A stretch of DNA of 64,000 bases. Source: Cellvibrionaceae bacterium (GTDB lineage: Bacteria > Pseudomonadota > Gammaproteobacteria > Pseudomonadales > JAILXX01). Below are positions 17,411-27,868 of the stretch, one piece after another; position 1 is the first letter of the stretch, and each line of letters begins with the position of its first letter. The notes under the pieces were generated by a model. It searched no databases, was not told the origin of the DNA, and worked only from the letters and a program-made list of their open reading frames with translations. The stretch covers positions 110,893 through 174,892 of the forward strand of contig JAILXX010000005.1 in the NCBI GenBank assembly GCA_045430295.1, written 5' to 3'. The position numbers and the translations under genes were made by a program.

Positions 17411-18397
17411 TTATCGTGTCAGCGGCGTTTTTTTCTGGCTTTTTTCCCTTTTTGCCAGCTGTAGGAGCCTTTCTTGCTGTTTTTGGAAGGTCATTAACTG
17501 GGACACTGATACCAACTTGATACCCTGAGCTTCCAGAAGAGGCAGTTTTTCTTGCAGTAGAGCGAGTGTTGCCGGGTAGGGGTGGCCGATGGCGAGGGCG
17601 TAGCCTCGCTGCTTGGCTTTCTTCAACAGCTTTTGATATTGCTGTTGAATAAATTCTGGATCGTTGAAAGTGTCCAGGAAGATGTCTCGGCTAATGGTTT
17701 TTAAGCCCTGCTGGTGAGCTGTTTTACCCGCTAGGCTTTGCGCTGAGGTGAGGCTGTCCACAAAGTAGAGGCTTTGTTGCTTTAGCTCGCTCATCAGCCA
17801 ATTCATAGGTTCTTGCTGCTGGGTCAGCTGGCTGCCCATATGGTTATTTACCCCGGTGGCGTGGGGTACTGCTGCAATGCCTTGTCGCAGGGTTTCTAAA
17901 AAATCGTGCTCGCTGAGTTGCTCGGTGAGAGCGCCAGGCCCTAAAGGCGCATTACTGAGGTTACTCATGGGAGTGTGTACCATGATTTCTTTGCCTTGCT
18001 CATGGCCTTCAGTGGCCAAGCGTTTGGCCTGGGGGGTCATGGGAAGCACGCTCAAGGTGACAGGCCCTGGTAAAAACACCGCTTTTTGACCGCTCTCCAG
18101 GGCATTACCAATGTCATCGATAATGATGGCAATACGGGGTGTAGTTAGGGTTTCTGGGCTAAGTGCTTCTGCGTTTAGCTCTTCTAGCAGCTCAATATCT
18201 GCAGGCTCGCTGAGCTCCGGTGTTGGAATCGGAGCTTCATTTTGGCTCTGTAGATTCAGCCCGTGAGATGCGGGTATTTCCACTTTAGGAGGGGAAATAA
18301 AATCCCTATGGCTGTGTCGATAATCTGCAGAGGCCGGTGTTGATAAAGTTGCACATAAGCTTGCGCTTAGGGCGATCAATAAACAAGAGCGTTTCAC
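17411..18397 (-). CDS. Divergent polysaccharide deacetylase family protein (YibQ-like)
   Basis: Signal peptide, 'RIAIIIDDIGN', 'NNHMGS', and synteny after envC/ctpA. Confidence 0.8.
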   Translation of the reverse strand: MKRSCLLIALSASLCATLSTPASADYRHSHRDFISPPKVEIPASHGLNLQSQNEAPIPTPELSEPADIELLEELNAEALSPETLTTPRIAIIIDDIGNALESGQKAVFLPGPVTLSVLPMTPQAKRLATEGHEQGKEIMVHTPMSNLSNAPLGPGALTEQLSEHDFLETLRQGIAAVPHATGVNNHMGSQLTQQQEPMNWLMSELKQQSLYFVDSLTSAQSLAGKTAHQQGLKTISRDIFLDTFNDPEFIQQQYQKLLKKAKQRGYALAIGHPYPATLALLQEKLPLLEAQGIKLVSVSQLMTFQKQQERLLQLAKREKSQKKTPLTR

Positions 18398-19761
18398 TAG
18401 CCGGCGTCCTTATCGGTCGCAACAGTGCGGGAACCGAGGATGTGCAAACCTTTTAATAGGTTGAGGGCTTCGAACACTTGGTTATCCCGAGTGATGTCGC
18501 TCTTGTCGTTCTGGCGATTTTCCGCCCGTTGGTTGCTGTCGAGGGTTTTACCGCCGTTAGCATTGTCGAGGTGGCCGGAAAGGTCCGCTTCTGTGGTGCG
18601 AGAACGCTGTCTGAGCTTGGTGATTTTTGCTCGTTCGATACGGATATCTGGCACGATGCCATGAGCCTGAATGGAGCGGCCGTTAGGGGTAAAGTAAAGG
18701 GCGGTGGTGAGCTTGATGGCGCGGTCATCGGCAATGGGAATCACGGTTTGAACGGAGCCTTTACCAAAGCTGTCGGTGCCCATAACCACTGCGCGCTTAT
18801 GATCCTGGAGGGCGCCGGCAACAATTTCAGAGGCAGAGGCGGAGCCGTCGTTAATTAACACTACGATGGGAATGCCATCGATAATGTCGCCGTCTTCAGC
18901 GCTATAACTGATGTCTGCGTTGGGTAGGCGGCCTTCTGTGTACACAATGAGCCCGTCGTTAAGGAAGGCATCGGCAACTTCCACAGAGGCTTGTAGTACG
19001 CCACCTGGGTTATTGCGTAAATCTAATACCAATCCTTTTAGTTCACCGTTTTCTTGTAGTTCTTTAATTTCTTTGAGGGCATCTTTGCCGGTATTTAGCT
19101 GAAACTGCGCAATACGCAAGTAGCCATAACCTGGTTCTAGTACCCGCGAGCGAACGCTTTGAACCTTGATAGTATCTCGTGTCAGGGTGACATCGAAAGG
19201 TTGATCTTCACCTTCGCGGACAATGGTAAGAATAATGTCGCTGCCTTTGGGGCCGCGCATTTGATTAACGGCTTCGTGAAGGCCCAAGCCTTTAACGGTT
19301 TTATTATCCAGTTTAATAATGAGGTCACCGGCTTCAATACCTGCTCGGCTGGCGGGGGTGTCATCGATGGGGGAAACCACTTTCACAAAGCCGTCTTCCA
19401 TGCCTACTTCAATACCGAGGCCGCCAAACTCACCGGACGTGCTCACTTGAAGGTCGTCAAAGGAGTCTTTGTCTAAATAGGTGGAGTGGGGGTCTAGCCC
19501 TTCCAACATGCCCCGAATCGCGTTTTCTAGCAGTGTGGGATCGTCGATATCTTCCACGTAAGCTTGGCGGATATGGGCGAATACTTTGGTGAAGGTTCGC
19601 AAGTCTTCCAAGGGGAGCTGGCCGTGGGGGGTATCAACCGTGGGTAAGGTGTCTTTTTCCTGCTCCGCGTAGAGCGGCGAGCTCAGAAAAAGAGCAGAGG
19701 CTAGCGCTGTAGCCTGTCCCGCAATAATGGCGGTTGAAAATAGTGATCTCATGGGAAGCAT
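18397..19761 (-). CDS. ctpA: Carboxy-terminal processing protease (S41 family)
   Basis: PDZ 'GGLGIEV', 'LDLRNNPGG', the nucleophile region 'GSASASEI', and 'GKGSVQ'. Confidence 0.9.
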   Translation of the reverse strand: MLPMRSLFSTAIIAGQATALASALFLSSPLYAEQEKDTLPTVDTPHGQLPLEDLRTFTKVFAHIRQAYVEDIDDPTLLENAIRGMLEGLDPHSTYLDKDSFDDLQVSTSGEFGGLGIEVGMEDGFVKVVSPIDDTPASRAGIEAGDLIIKLDNKTVKGLGLHEAVNQMRGPKGSDIILTIVREGEDQPFDVTLTRDTIKVQSVRSRVLEPGYGYLRIAQFQLNTGKDALKEIKELQENGELKGLVLDLRNNPGGVLQASVEVADAFLNDGLIVYTEGRLPNADISYSAEDGDIIDGIPIVVLINDGSASASEIVAGALQDHKRAVVMGTDSFGKGSVQTVIPIADDRAIKLTTALYFTPNGRSIQAHGIVPDIRIERAKITKLRQRSRTTEADLSGHLDNANGGKTLDSNQRAENRQNDKSDITRDNQVFEALNLLKGLHILGSRTVATDKDAG

Positions 19762-19932
19762 GAAAAAAGTACCTTAGGGTGTATGACCTTGGAAACAATA
19801 ACCTGTTAAGGATAGCTCAAGGGGGGAGGGTTTGTCGCTACTCGTCACCACTATGATAAGTGCTTTTGTAACAACAAGTTAGATCGGCCGAGTGAGAAAA
19901 AGGTTCAATGCTGTTTCGGGTGTTCTGGGAGT

Positions 19933-21081
19933 TTACCGCCTTGCCAGCCAGCGCTTAGGATTTGAAGGTTTACCTTTGCGGCGGATTTCAAAATATAGGG
20001 AGCTATATTGTTGGCCGCCGGTATTGCCCGCAGTAGCGATCACATCGTTGGTGGATACCCAATCTCCCATATCTTTCAGCAGAGTTTGGTTGCGACCGTA
20101 AAGGCTTAGGTAGCCGTCGCCATGATCGATAATGGTGAGTAGGCCATAGCCACGTAAGTAATCGGCAAAAACGATTCGGCCGTGGTGTACGGCTTTAACT
20201 TTGGCGCCTTCTCGGGCTTTGATTACCATGCCATCCCATTTCAGTTGGCCAATACGAGGTGTTCCGAAGTTGCGCCACACGGGGCCTTTGAGTGGCCAGG
20301 GTAGTTTGCCTTTGCGTTTAGGAAAAGGGGTGGCGCTATCGATTTGTAAATTGGCGATAGCATTGTTTAATTTCTGCAGCAGTTTAGACAGGCGCTTGCT
20401 GTTCTGCTCTTGCTGTTGCAGTTCGACATCTTTATCGGTAATCAGTTTTTGCAATCTTGCTAGGGTTTGCTTGCGTTCTTGCTGGCGGTTTTGCAGGCGA
20501 TTAAACCGCTTCTCTAAATCTCGTTTACTGACTTTTAGCTGGCTTTCTTTTTGTGCAATGGCCGGTTCTACACGATCGAGCTCACCGATGGTGTGTAGAT
20601 AACTTTCAATGTTGTCGGCGCGTGCGGTGAGGAAATAATCGTAGTAGCGGAGCTGTCGGGAGAGGGTGGCGGGGTCTTGCTGGTTGAGAACTTGTTTGAG
20701 GTGGGATTGTCGCCCCATACGGTAGGCAGTGTTGATATCTTGTTTGATGAGATGCTGCTGTTGCCGTCGTGCCAGTTGTAATTGTTGTCGCTCTTTTTGT
20801 AGGCTTTTCAGCTTTGTTTGTTGATCATTGAGCTGGCCTTTTAGTTTGTCGATTTTTTTCAGTAGTTCTCCAATATCCACTTCAGAGTCTTGAAGTTGCT
20901 TTTCTAAACTACCCTTTTGGCCTTTAACGTTTTTAAGCTCATTTTTGAGTTGGTTGATCAGCGTTCTCAATTCTCGCAGCTGCTTTTCTGTATCGGTGGC
21001 ATTTTCTTGTGCGAAAGCCGTGCCGTTAAAAAAAGCGATAGCGGTTATGAAAGCAATTAAAGAGAAAAGGTTTTTATTCAC
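19933..21081 (-). CDS. envC: Murein hydrolase activator EnvC (coiled coil plus LytM/M23 domain)
   Basis: Signal peptide, a long Q/K/L-rich coiled coil, a C-terminal M23-like 'GTTGGQ...LYFEIR' domain, and synteny with gpmI. Confidence 0.85.
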   Translation of the reverse strand: MNKNLFSLIAFITAIAFFNGTAFAQENATDTEKQLRELRTLINQLKNELKNVKGQKGSLEKQLQDSEVDIGELLKKIDKLKGQLNDQQTKLKSLQKERQQLQLARRQQQHLIKQDINTAYRMGRQSHLKQVLNQQDPATLSRQLRYYDYFLTARADNIESYLHTIGELDRVEPAIAQKESQLKVSKRDLEKRFNRLQNRQQERKQTLARLQKLITDKDVELQQQEQNSKRLSKLLQKLNNAIANLQIDSATPFPKRKGKLPWPLKGPVWRNFGTPRIGQLKWDGMVIKAREGAKVKAVHHGRIVFADYLRGYGLLTIIDHGDGYLSLYGRNQTLLKDMGDWVSTNDVIATAGNTGGQQYSSLYFEIRRKGKPSNPKRWLARR

Positions 21082-21161
21082 GTTTTTTTGTTTATTTAGT
21101 GGTGTTTCAGTTTGTATTCACCCTCGCTTACGCGGGGGTGATATTAATGTTAGAGACTGTT

Positions 21162-22703
21162 TTATAGCTCTGCCAAGTTCTTACCGGTCATTTCAGCCGG
21201 CTGCTCAACATCCATCAAAGCCAGCATGGTCGGTGCTACATCTGCTAGAGAGCCGCCTTCATTTAAACTCAAGTTACGGTCGCCACTGTAAAGGAAAGGT
21301 ACTGGTAATGTGGTGTGCTGGGTGTGTGGCTGATTACTGGCTTCGTCAAACATTTCTTCTACATTGCCGTGATCGGCGGTAATAAGGGCTTCGCCGCCTA
21401 CTTCGGCTACGGCCGCTAAAACTTTTTCCAGGCAGCCGTCGACAACTTCTACCGCTTTAATGGCGGCTTCGTAGCTGCCGCTGTGACCCACTTGGTCACA
21501 GTTGGCATAGTTACAGATGATGGTATCGAACTTATCTGACTTGATCGCCTCGACCAATTTTTCGGTGACTTCAGGGGCGCTCATTTCTGGCATGAGATCG
21601 TAGGTTTCTACTTTAGGAGAGGGAATCAGAATACGCTCTTCGCCTTCGTAGAGATCTTCCTGCCCGCCGCTAAAGAAGAAAGTGACGTGGGCGTACTTTT
21701 CGGTTTCGGCAATGCGTAACTGGGTTTTGCCCTGCTTGGCCAGGTAGTCGCCGAAAGAATTCACAAGAGAAATCGGCGGGTAGGCGCAAGGGGTGTCGAT
21801 ATTGCCTTCGTATTCGGTGGTCATCACAAAGCTGGCCAGCTTGCGCTCAACAGGGCGTTGGAAGCCTTCAAAATGCTCGTCCACAAAGGCGTGGGTGATC
21901 TGGCGGGCGCGGTCTGGGCGGAAGTTCATAAAGACAACGGCGTCGCCGTCTTCGATAAAGGCTGGGGTTTCGCCTTCGCCCACAATCGCGGTGGCTTTTA
22001 CGAACTCATCATCTTCGCCGCGCTCGTAAGCAGCTTCCAGGCCGCTGATGGCATCGGCGGCGCTGTAGTGGGCTACGCCTTCAGTCAGCAGGCGGTAAGC
22101 ATCTTCCACACGATCCCAGCGTTTGTCCCGGTCCATGGCGAAGAAGCGGCCACAGATGGAGGCGATGCGGCCAACACCAAGTTCTTCCAGCTTAGTGGCG
22201 GTTTTCTTGAGGGATGGCTCAGCACTGCGTGGTGGGCAGTCGCGGCCATCGAGGAAGGCGTGTACGTAAATTTTCTTGGCGCCGCGCTGAGCGGCCAGCT
22301 CTACCATGGCGTTGATGTGGTCTTCATGGCTGTGAACGCCGCCTGGGCTCAATAGGCCGAGGATATGTACAGCTTTGTCGTGACATACCGCTTGATCGAC
22401 GGCGTTGCAGTACTCTGGGTTGGTGAAGAAGTCGCCATCACTGATGGCTTTATTGATGCGGGTGTAGTTCTGATACACCACACGGCCGGCGCCCAAGGTC
22501 ATGTGGCCCACTTCTGAGTTGCCCATTTGGCCTTCTGGTAGGCCAACGGACATACCGGATGTGCCAATGAGCGTATGGGGGTTTTCGGCCCAGAGCTTGT
22601 CCCAGGTGGGGGTGTTGGCGTTGAGGATGGCGTTGTGTTTTGCACTATCGCTGTAACCGAAGCCGTCCAGAATTAATAAAACGAGAGGTTTTTTTGTTGC
22701 CAT
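21162..22703 (-). CDS. gpmI: 2,3-bisphosphoglycerate-independent phosphoglycerate mutase
   Basis: 'LLILDGFG', 'GNSEVGH', 'ADHGN', 513 aa. Confidence 0.95.
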   Translation of the reverse strand: MATKKPLVLLILDGFGYSDSAKHNAILNANTPTWDKLWAENPHTLIGTSGMSVGLPEGQMGNSEVGHMTLGAGRVVYQNYTRINKAISDGDFFTNPEYCNAVDQAVCHDKAVHILGLLSPGGVHSHEDHINAMVELAAQRGAKKIYVHAFLDGRDCPPRSAEPSLKKTATKLEELGVGRIASICGRFFAMDRDKRWDRVEDAYRLLTEGVAHYSAADAISGLEAAYERGEDDEFVKATAIVGEGETPAFIEDGDAVVFMNFRPDRARQITHAFVDEHFEGFQRPVERKLASFVMTTEYEGNIDTPCAYPPISLVNSFGDYLAKQGKTQLRIAETEKYAHVTFFFSGGQEDLYEGEERILIPSPKVETYDLMPEMSAPEVTEKLVEAIKSDKFDTIICNYANCDQVGHSGSYEAAIKAVEVVDGCLEKVLAAVAEVGGEALITADHGNVEEMFDEASNQPHTQHTTLPVPFLYSGDRNLSLNEGGSLADVAPTMLALMDVEQPAEMTGKNLAEL

Positions 22704-22882
22704 TGCTTGAAATACCTGAGCTTGCCACCATCAAGGAGAAAGCGCGCATTTTACCTAACTCCCCCGCAGCCGGCTAGCAGGCCTTAATCTGGGTTGGGAG
22801 CGAGAACTTGAGGGTAAGACAAGGTATACTCAGCGCCCCCTGATTCTGAACTAGAACGTAACAGATAAGAGATACGAAGACC

Positions 22883-23287
22883 GTGGAATTTTTTCAATTT
22901 ATTGGTGAGCAGTGGCTTTTAGTGAGTCTGTTGATGGTGTTGGTGTACATGTTTGCCTTCAATGAGATTCGCGGTAGCGGCGAGGCAGTCACTATTCATG
23001 CCTTCACCCGCTTGGTGAATGATGACAGTGCCCAGGTCGTAGACCTACGTGAAGCCAAAGAATACCGCGAAGGGCATATTGTCGATACCATCAATATCCC
23101 CTACGCCAAGCTGGACGATCAATTGGTCCAGCTGAAGCAAGACAAGATCATCATTCTGGTAGATAAGATGGGCCAGCATACAGGCCCAGCCAGCAAGCGC
23201 TTGAAAAAGCAGGGCTACACTGTGGCTCGCTTAAAAGGTGGCATTATGGAGTGGCGAGCCCAGAACTTGCCGCTTGTGGCGGTTTAA
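22883..23287 (+). CDS. Rhodanese-domain membrane protein (YibN-like)
   Basis: N-terminal TM segment, rhodanese fold signature 'REAKEYREGHI', and position upstream of grxC-secB as in E. coli yibN. Confidence 0.75.
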   Translation: MEFFQFIGEQWLLVSLLMVLVYMFAFNEIRGSGEAVTIHAFTRLVNDDSAQVVDLREAKEYREGHIVDTINIPYAKLDDQLVQLKQDKIIILVDKMGQHTGPASKRLKKQGYTVARLKGGIMEWRAQNLPLVAV

Positions 23288-23304
23288 GGGTTTAGCTGCC
23301 TGAT

Positions 23305-23559
23305 ATGGCTAAGGTGTTGATGTACAGCTCAGACTACTGTGGTTTCTGCTTTCGAGCGAAGTCACTGCTGGGTAGTAAGGGCGTTGAGTTTACTGAGATT
23401 AAGGTAGACGGCGACCGAGCTATCCGTCAGGAAATGATGGCCAAAAGCGGCCGCCATACCGTACCGCAAATTTGGATCGGCGATACCCATGTCGGGGGGT
23501 GCGACGACCTTTTCGCTCTGGAGCACCAGGGTAAGCTCGATAAACTTCTCAGCAGTTGA
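23305..23559 (+). CDS. grxC: Glutaredoxin 3
   Basis: 84 aa, active site 'CGFC', 'TVPQIWIGDTHVGGCDDL'. Confidence 0.92.
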   Translation: MAKVLMYSSDYCGFCFRAKSLLGSKGVEFTEIKVDGDRAIRQEMMAKSGRHTVPQIWIGDTHVGGCDDLFALEHQGKLDKLLSS

Positions 23560-23633
23560 GCCTTTACAGGTTCGCTGTCAGGGAACGAATTTATAACAAA
23601 AGGACTATTCAGTTTAATTAGAAGGTAAAAACC

Positions 23634-24128
23634 ATGACCGAAGAAACTTCAGCAGCCGCCCAAGAGGCTCCACAACAACAGTTCGCTATTCAGCGTATCT
23701 TCCTGAAAGACGCCTCTTTTGAATCACCGCAGGGTGCTGAGGTTTTCAAAAAGCAGTGGAAGCCACAGGTAAACCAAGACCTGAATACCAAAATCAACAA
23801 GTTGGAAGATAACCTGTACGAAGTGGTGCTAACGCTAACCATTTCGACTAAGTTAGAAGAAGATACCGCTTTCTTGGTTGAGGTACAGCAGGCAGGTATC
23901 TTCATGGTTGCCGGTGCAGAAGGCCAGCAGTTGGCGGGTATCTTGAATACCACTTGTCCGAATATCCTGTTCCCTTACGCTCGTGAAACCATTGACGCGT
24001 TGCTGACTAAGGGTACTTTCCCTGCGTTGCACTTGCCGCCTATCAACTTTGAAGCTTTGTTTGCTCAAGCCTTGCAGCAAGCCAAGCAGCAGCAAGAAGC
24101 CCAGGGCGAGGCGGAAGCCACTCACTAA
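23634..24128 (+). CDS. secB: Protein-export chaperone SecB
   Basis: 'FAIQRIFLKDASFESP', 'CPNILFPYARE', acidic C-terminus. Confidence 0.95.
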   Translation: MTEETSAAAQEAPQQQFAIQRIFLKDASFESPQGAEVFKKQWKPQVNQDLNTKINKLEDNLYEVVLTLTISTKLEEDTAFLVEVQQAGIFMVAGAEGQQLAGILNTTCPNILFPYARETIDALLTKGTFPALHLPPINFEALFAQALQQAKQQQEAQGEAEATH

Positions 24129-24153
24129 GAGTTACTCGGTTATCGCGCTTAAA

Positions 24154-24178
24154 AACGCAGCTTCGGCTGCGTTTTTTT
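24154..24178 (+). terminator. secB rho-independent terminator
   Basis: aacgcagc-ttcg-gctgcgtt followed by T7. Confidence 0.8.
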
Positions 24179-24309
24179 ATGTCTGTTGGTTTGGTTGAGG
24201 GGCAGGGTTGAGGTTAGGCAAAACTGGAAATTTTGCCCATGCTGAGCCATGCTCTAGGGCGTACCTAATGAATAAGATGCGCGGTAGAGAGAAGAGTAAT
24301 AAAAAATAG

Positions 24310-25440
24310 ATGTCGAAACGAGAAACGATTTTAATTGTCGATGATGATGAAACCAGTGTGCACTTATTGGAAGGCTTGCTGGAATGCAGCTACGAGTTAG
24401 TGGTGGCTCGCAATGGCAAGCAGTGCCTAGAGCTTCTCCGTGGCGGGGCGCGGCCGGATTTGGTGCTGTTGGACGTAGCCATGCCGGAAGTGGATGGCTA
24501 TCAGGTCTGTGAGATCATTAAAAGTGACGACTCTCTCAAAGATATTCCTGTTGTCTTTATTTCCGCTCTGTCTGAAACCGAGGAGCGCCTGAAGGGCTTG
24601 AGTATTGGTGCGGATGACTATCTAGTAAAACCTTTTGAAAATGAAGAGTTGCTGGCCAAGGTTAGAAAGACATTGGTTTATGCCGTGGGGCAACGAGAGT
24701 TACAGGCAAAATTACAAGAAGCCAACAAAGCGGTATTTACTGCACTGTCGGATAGTTCAGAGCGGGGTTTTATTGTTAATTTTGTGGAAGAAAGCCACAA
24801 GGCTCAGGATTATGCGGGCTTGGCAAGCACGTTTTTCTCCGCACTGAAAAAATTCGGTTTGAATGGGTGTTTACAGATTCGCTGTAAAAGCGGCTCACGA
24901 AATTATTCTATGGATGGTTTGTGTAAGCCTATTGAAGAAGAGTTGTTGGAACGTTTCAAAGGTGGTGATCGGATTTATGGCTTTAACACACGAAAAGTAT
25001 TCAATTACCCCCATGTAACTCTGTTGGTAAAAAACATGCCGATTGACGATGAGGATAAAGATGGGCGTTATACGGATCACATTCCCATTATGCTGAGTAC
25101 GATAGATTCTCGTGTTGAGAGTCTTGAAGATCACCATGCCGTCGTTAAGAAAAAGCAGCTTGAAGAGGCTTTGGTTAAATTGAGTAATATTTTGGAGCAT
25201 GGCGCATCATTGCTAGAAGCTAACAATGAAGCCTGCGAAAATACCTTACGTACAATGCTACAAAATTTCGAGTTGAAGCTTCCGAGTATGGGATTGGAAG
25301 AGGATCAAGAAGCTCTACTTGTATCCATGCTCGACGAAGGCGTTAATACCGCGATCAATGCAGTAAAAGAGTCTGAATTAATCGGTGGCGAGTTAAGTGA
25401 AAATATTTACTTACTGAAAAAGCTGTCCGAAAATGCATAG
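24310..25440 (+). CDS. Response regulator: receiver domain plus an uncharacterised C-terminal domain of about 250 aa
   Basis: REC motifs 'ILIVDDDE', 'DLVLLDVAMPEVDG', 'PVVFISA', 'GADDYLVKPF'. The rest carries no HTH, GGDEF, EAL, HD or PP2C motif that I can see. Confidence 0.8.
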   Translation: MSKRETILIVDDDETSVHLLEGLLECSYELVVARNGKQCLELLRGGARPDLVLLDVAMPEVDGYQVCEIIKSDDSLKDIPVVFISALSETEERLKGLSIGADDYLVKPFENEELLAKVRKTLVYAVGQRELQAKLQEANKAVFTALSDSSERGFIVNFVEESHKAQDYAGLASTFFSALKKFGLNGCLQIRCKSGSRNYSMDGLCKPIEEELLERFKGGDRIYGFNTRKVFNYPHVTLLVKNMPIDDEDKDGRYTDHIPIMLSTIDSRVESLEDHHAVVKKKQLEEALVKLSNILEHGASLLEANNEACENTLRTMLQNFELKLPSMGLEEDQEALLVSMLDEGVNTAINAVKESELIGGELSENIYLLKKLSENA

Positions 25441-25500
25441 TGTATCTAGGTAAGGACTATTGATTTAAGAGTAGTCATAAGGCTAACCCCAAAAATAATC

Positions 25501-27624
25501 CTAAAGCTCCATTTCGAGATTAATTCCGTAAGTTCTTGGCGCTCCATAAATGGGGTAGGCGGAATTGGGCCCCAGTTCGAAACTGTGAATTTTATACACC
25601 TCATTATTTAAATTATTTCCGAATAGCGAAGCCTTATAGCTAGCGCTTGTGTAGCTAATATTGGCATTCCAAAGTTCGCGGCGATCAAATTGATTAACTT
25701 CAAAATTATTTAAATCTTGGAAGGTTTTGTCTTTGAAGTTATAGCTAATCGTTGCGCTTAGGGTATTGCCGCTACTGTTTTTATGTTGCCATTGAAGGTT
25801 TGCAGAGCCGCTGTTGCGCGGTGCATTTCGCAATTTGTTATCAGTAATACTTCCGGCGTTGAGAAGGCGTGTGTCGTTATAGGTGTAATTACCAAAGCTG
25901 CTAAAGTGCTCACTGATTTGCCAGCGGTATTCGAGTTCTAAGCCTTTGGACTCCGCATCTTCTGTTGTAGTTGTGGCGAGAAATGTTGTGGGGGTTACTT
26001 GCACGAAAAATAATGTTTGCAAGTCGTTGTAGCGGCTGTAAAAAACAGTGCTATTGAGGTTCCAATTGTCGCCATTGATTTTAAAGCCGAATTCTGTGTT
26101 TTCCGCTTCTTCCTGTTCAAAGGGCATAGCTGCAGTCAGACTATTTTGTGCTTGCCCTTGGAAACCGCCACTTTTAAAACCGGTGTTGTGGGATAAGTAG
26201 AGTAACACGGAATCTGTGGGTTGATAGTCCAGGGAGAGGCGCCAGCTTGCAGATTCCCAATCCTCGTTTTCTTCAATAAAAAAGTTTTCCGTAAGCAAGA
26301 TGTGAATGCCTGCAAAACCACTGCCTTCATTGCTGTAGTCCTTTTCCTCATAGGAGTAGCGAATGCCAGCATGAAGCGTAAATTCTTCGGTTAATGCTGT
26401 ACTGCTATCAGCAAACACCGCGTAACTGTCGAGAGTGTTTTTTTGGTCAAAGCGATTGCTGAATGGGAGGCCTGGCGGATTAATAAATCCGGATATATCT
26501 TCCATGCGATGGGCGTTTTCGTGAAGAAAATAGAGCCCGGTTTGAACAAAGTTACCGTCACGATCGGTGGTGGCGAAGCGAAACTCTTGGCTAAACTCTT
26601 CGGTACTATCGTCAGCGGCATTAACGCCCTGAAGTCCTGGAAAGGTGTCGGGTAAACCGATGACGTCTTCCTGCCAGTCAAACTGACTTTTACGGTAGCC
26701 GGTAAGACTGGTTAAGGTGCCATCGGGGGCGTCCCAAATCATTTCTAAACGACCGCCTTTACTTTCTCGCTGTTGATAGCCATCTTGGTCGGAAGTGGTC
26801 GTGAAAGGATCATCGTCATACAGTGATTCTGTCGCGCCTCTTCCATCACGACCGTTACTGAGGCGATCCACGGTCTCATAGTCCATGGCGAAAATCATAT
26901 CCAGAGTTTCGTTGGGCTTGTAGCGAAGTTGAGTGCGAATATTTTGATCGTCGATATCTTGTAGATTGTTGCCGGTGAGTAGGTTTTTAACATAGCCGTC
27001 ACGGCTTTTTTTACTCAGGGAAAAATTACTCCACAAATTATTGCTGAGAGGGATATTGGCTCTTGCTTGTAGTCCGTAGAAATCTAAGTTGCCCACAGAC
27101 ACTTTAATTTTTCCAGAAAATTCATCTTGGGGTTTGGCGCTAATAACATTGATAACACCGCCAGTTGCGTTCTTGCCATAAAGCGTACCTTGTGGGCCGC
27201 GAAGAACTTCGATTCTCTCAATGTCGTAATATTCTAAATTAGCAGCAGAAGGCCGAGAGATATAAACCCCGTCCAAATAAATGGCGATGGAGCTATCGCC
27301 GCCTGCGCCATCTTCGTTTGATCCCATGCCGCGAATATAAGCTTGAGGCTGGCCGATACTGAAAGCAGACACACTAAGGCCTGGGGTGTGATCGGCAGTA
27401 CTGGCTAGATCGGTGATGCCTAATGCTTCCGCTAGGTTGGCATCAAAAGCACTGACCGAGATGGCTGTTTTTTGCAGACTCGTTTCACGCTTTTCTGCCG
27501 TAATGCTAATTTCTTCAAGCAGCGGAGATGTTGATGCTAAGCCTTGGCTTGCGGATAGTGCGCCAATGGTGGTGGCAAGGCTTGAGAGAAAAAAACTTTT
27601 TGGCTTATTGGATTTGGCCTGCAC
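25501..27624 (-). CDS. TonB-dependent outer-membrane receptor
   Basis: Signal peptide, plug region 'EEISITAEKRETSLQKTAISVSAF', 'IERIEVLRGPQGTLYGKNATGGVINV', and a terminal aromatic residue. Confidence 0.9.
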   Translation of the reverse strand: MQAKSNKPKSFFLSSLATTIGALSASQGLASTSPLLEEISITAEKRETSLQKTAISVSAFDANLAEALGITDLASTADHTPGLSVSAFSIGQPQAYIRGMGSNEDGAGGDSSIAIYLDGVYISRPSAANLEYYDIERIEVLRGPQGTLYGKNATGGVINVISAKPQDEFSGKIKVSVGNLDFYGLQARANIPLSNNLWSNFSLSKKSRDGYVKNLLTGNNLQDIDDQNIRTQLRYKPNETLDMIFAMDYETVDRLSNGRDGRGATESLYDDDPFTTTSDQDGYQQRESKGGRLEMIWDAPDGTLTSLTGYRKSQFDWQEDVIGLPDTFPGLQGVNAADDSTEEFSQEFRFATTDRDGNFVQTGLYFLHENAHRMEDISGFINPPGLPFSNRFDQKNTLDSYAVFADSSTALTEEFTLHAGIRYSYEEKDYSNEGSGFAGIHILLTENFFIEENEDWESASWRLSLDYQPTDSVLLYLSHNTGFKSGGFQGQAQNSLTAAMPFEQEEAENTEFGFKINGDNWNLNSTVFYSRYNDLQTLFFVQVTPTTFLATTTTEDAESKGLELEYRWQISEHFSSFGNYTYNDTRLLNAGSITDNKLRNAPRNSGSANLQWQHKNSSGNTLSATISYNFKDKTFQDLNNFEVNQFDRRELWNANISYTSASYKASLFGNNLNNEVYKIHSFELGPNSAYPIYGAPRTYGINLEMEL

Positions 27625-27766
27625 GGGTGTGCCCTCAAAAGCAAAAGTGGAAGCCTAAAGTGTAGTTAGAAATATGACTTTCGTCAGATGCTTTGCTAAA
27701 AAAGCTGAGGATTTACGAGGCTGATAAAAGCAGGAGGCGCATAGGAAGGTAGAGGAAGAAAATAAG

Positions 27767-27794
27767 CTCGGCGACAATTGGGGTTGTCGCCGAG
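27767..27794 (-). terminator. Probable ntrC terminator hairpin
   Basis: ctcggcgacaa / ttgtcgccgag stem, followed by a T-rich tract on the minus strand. Confidence 0.55.
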
Positions 27795-27868
27795 CGAGGG
27801 CTTTTTAATACGCCCGAGGGGAAATTTTGGCTGAGTGATTCGTTACAGCTACTCTTTGCAGTGAGCCG

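Noticed and set aside
27625-27766. Riboswitch (cobalamin) or Fur box upstream of the TonB-dependent receptor 25501-27624
   Set aside because: I read both strands and found neither a B12-box-like core nor a GATAATGATAATCATTATC-like sequence.
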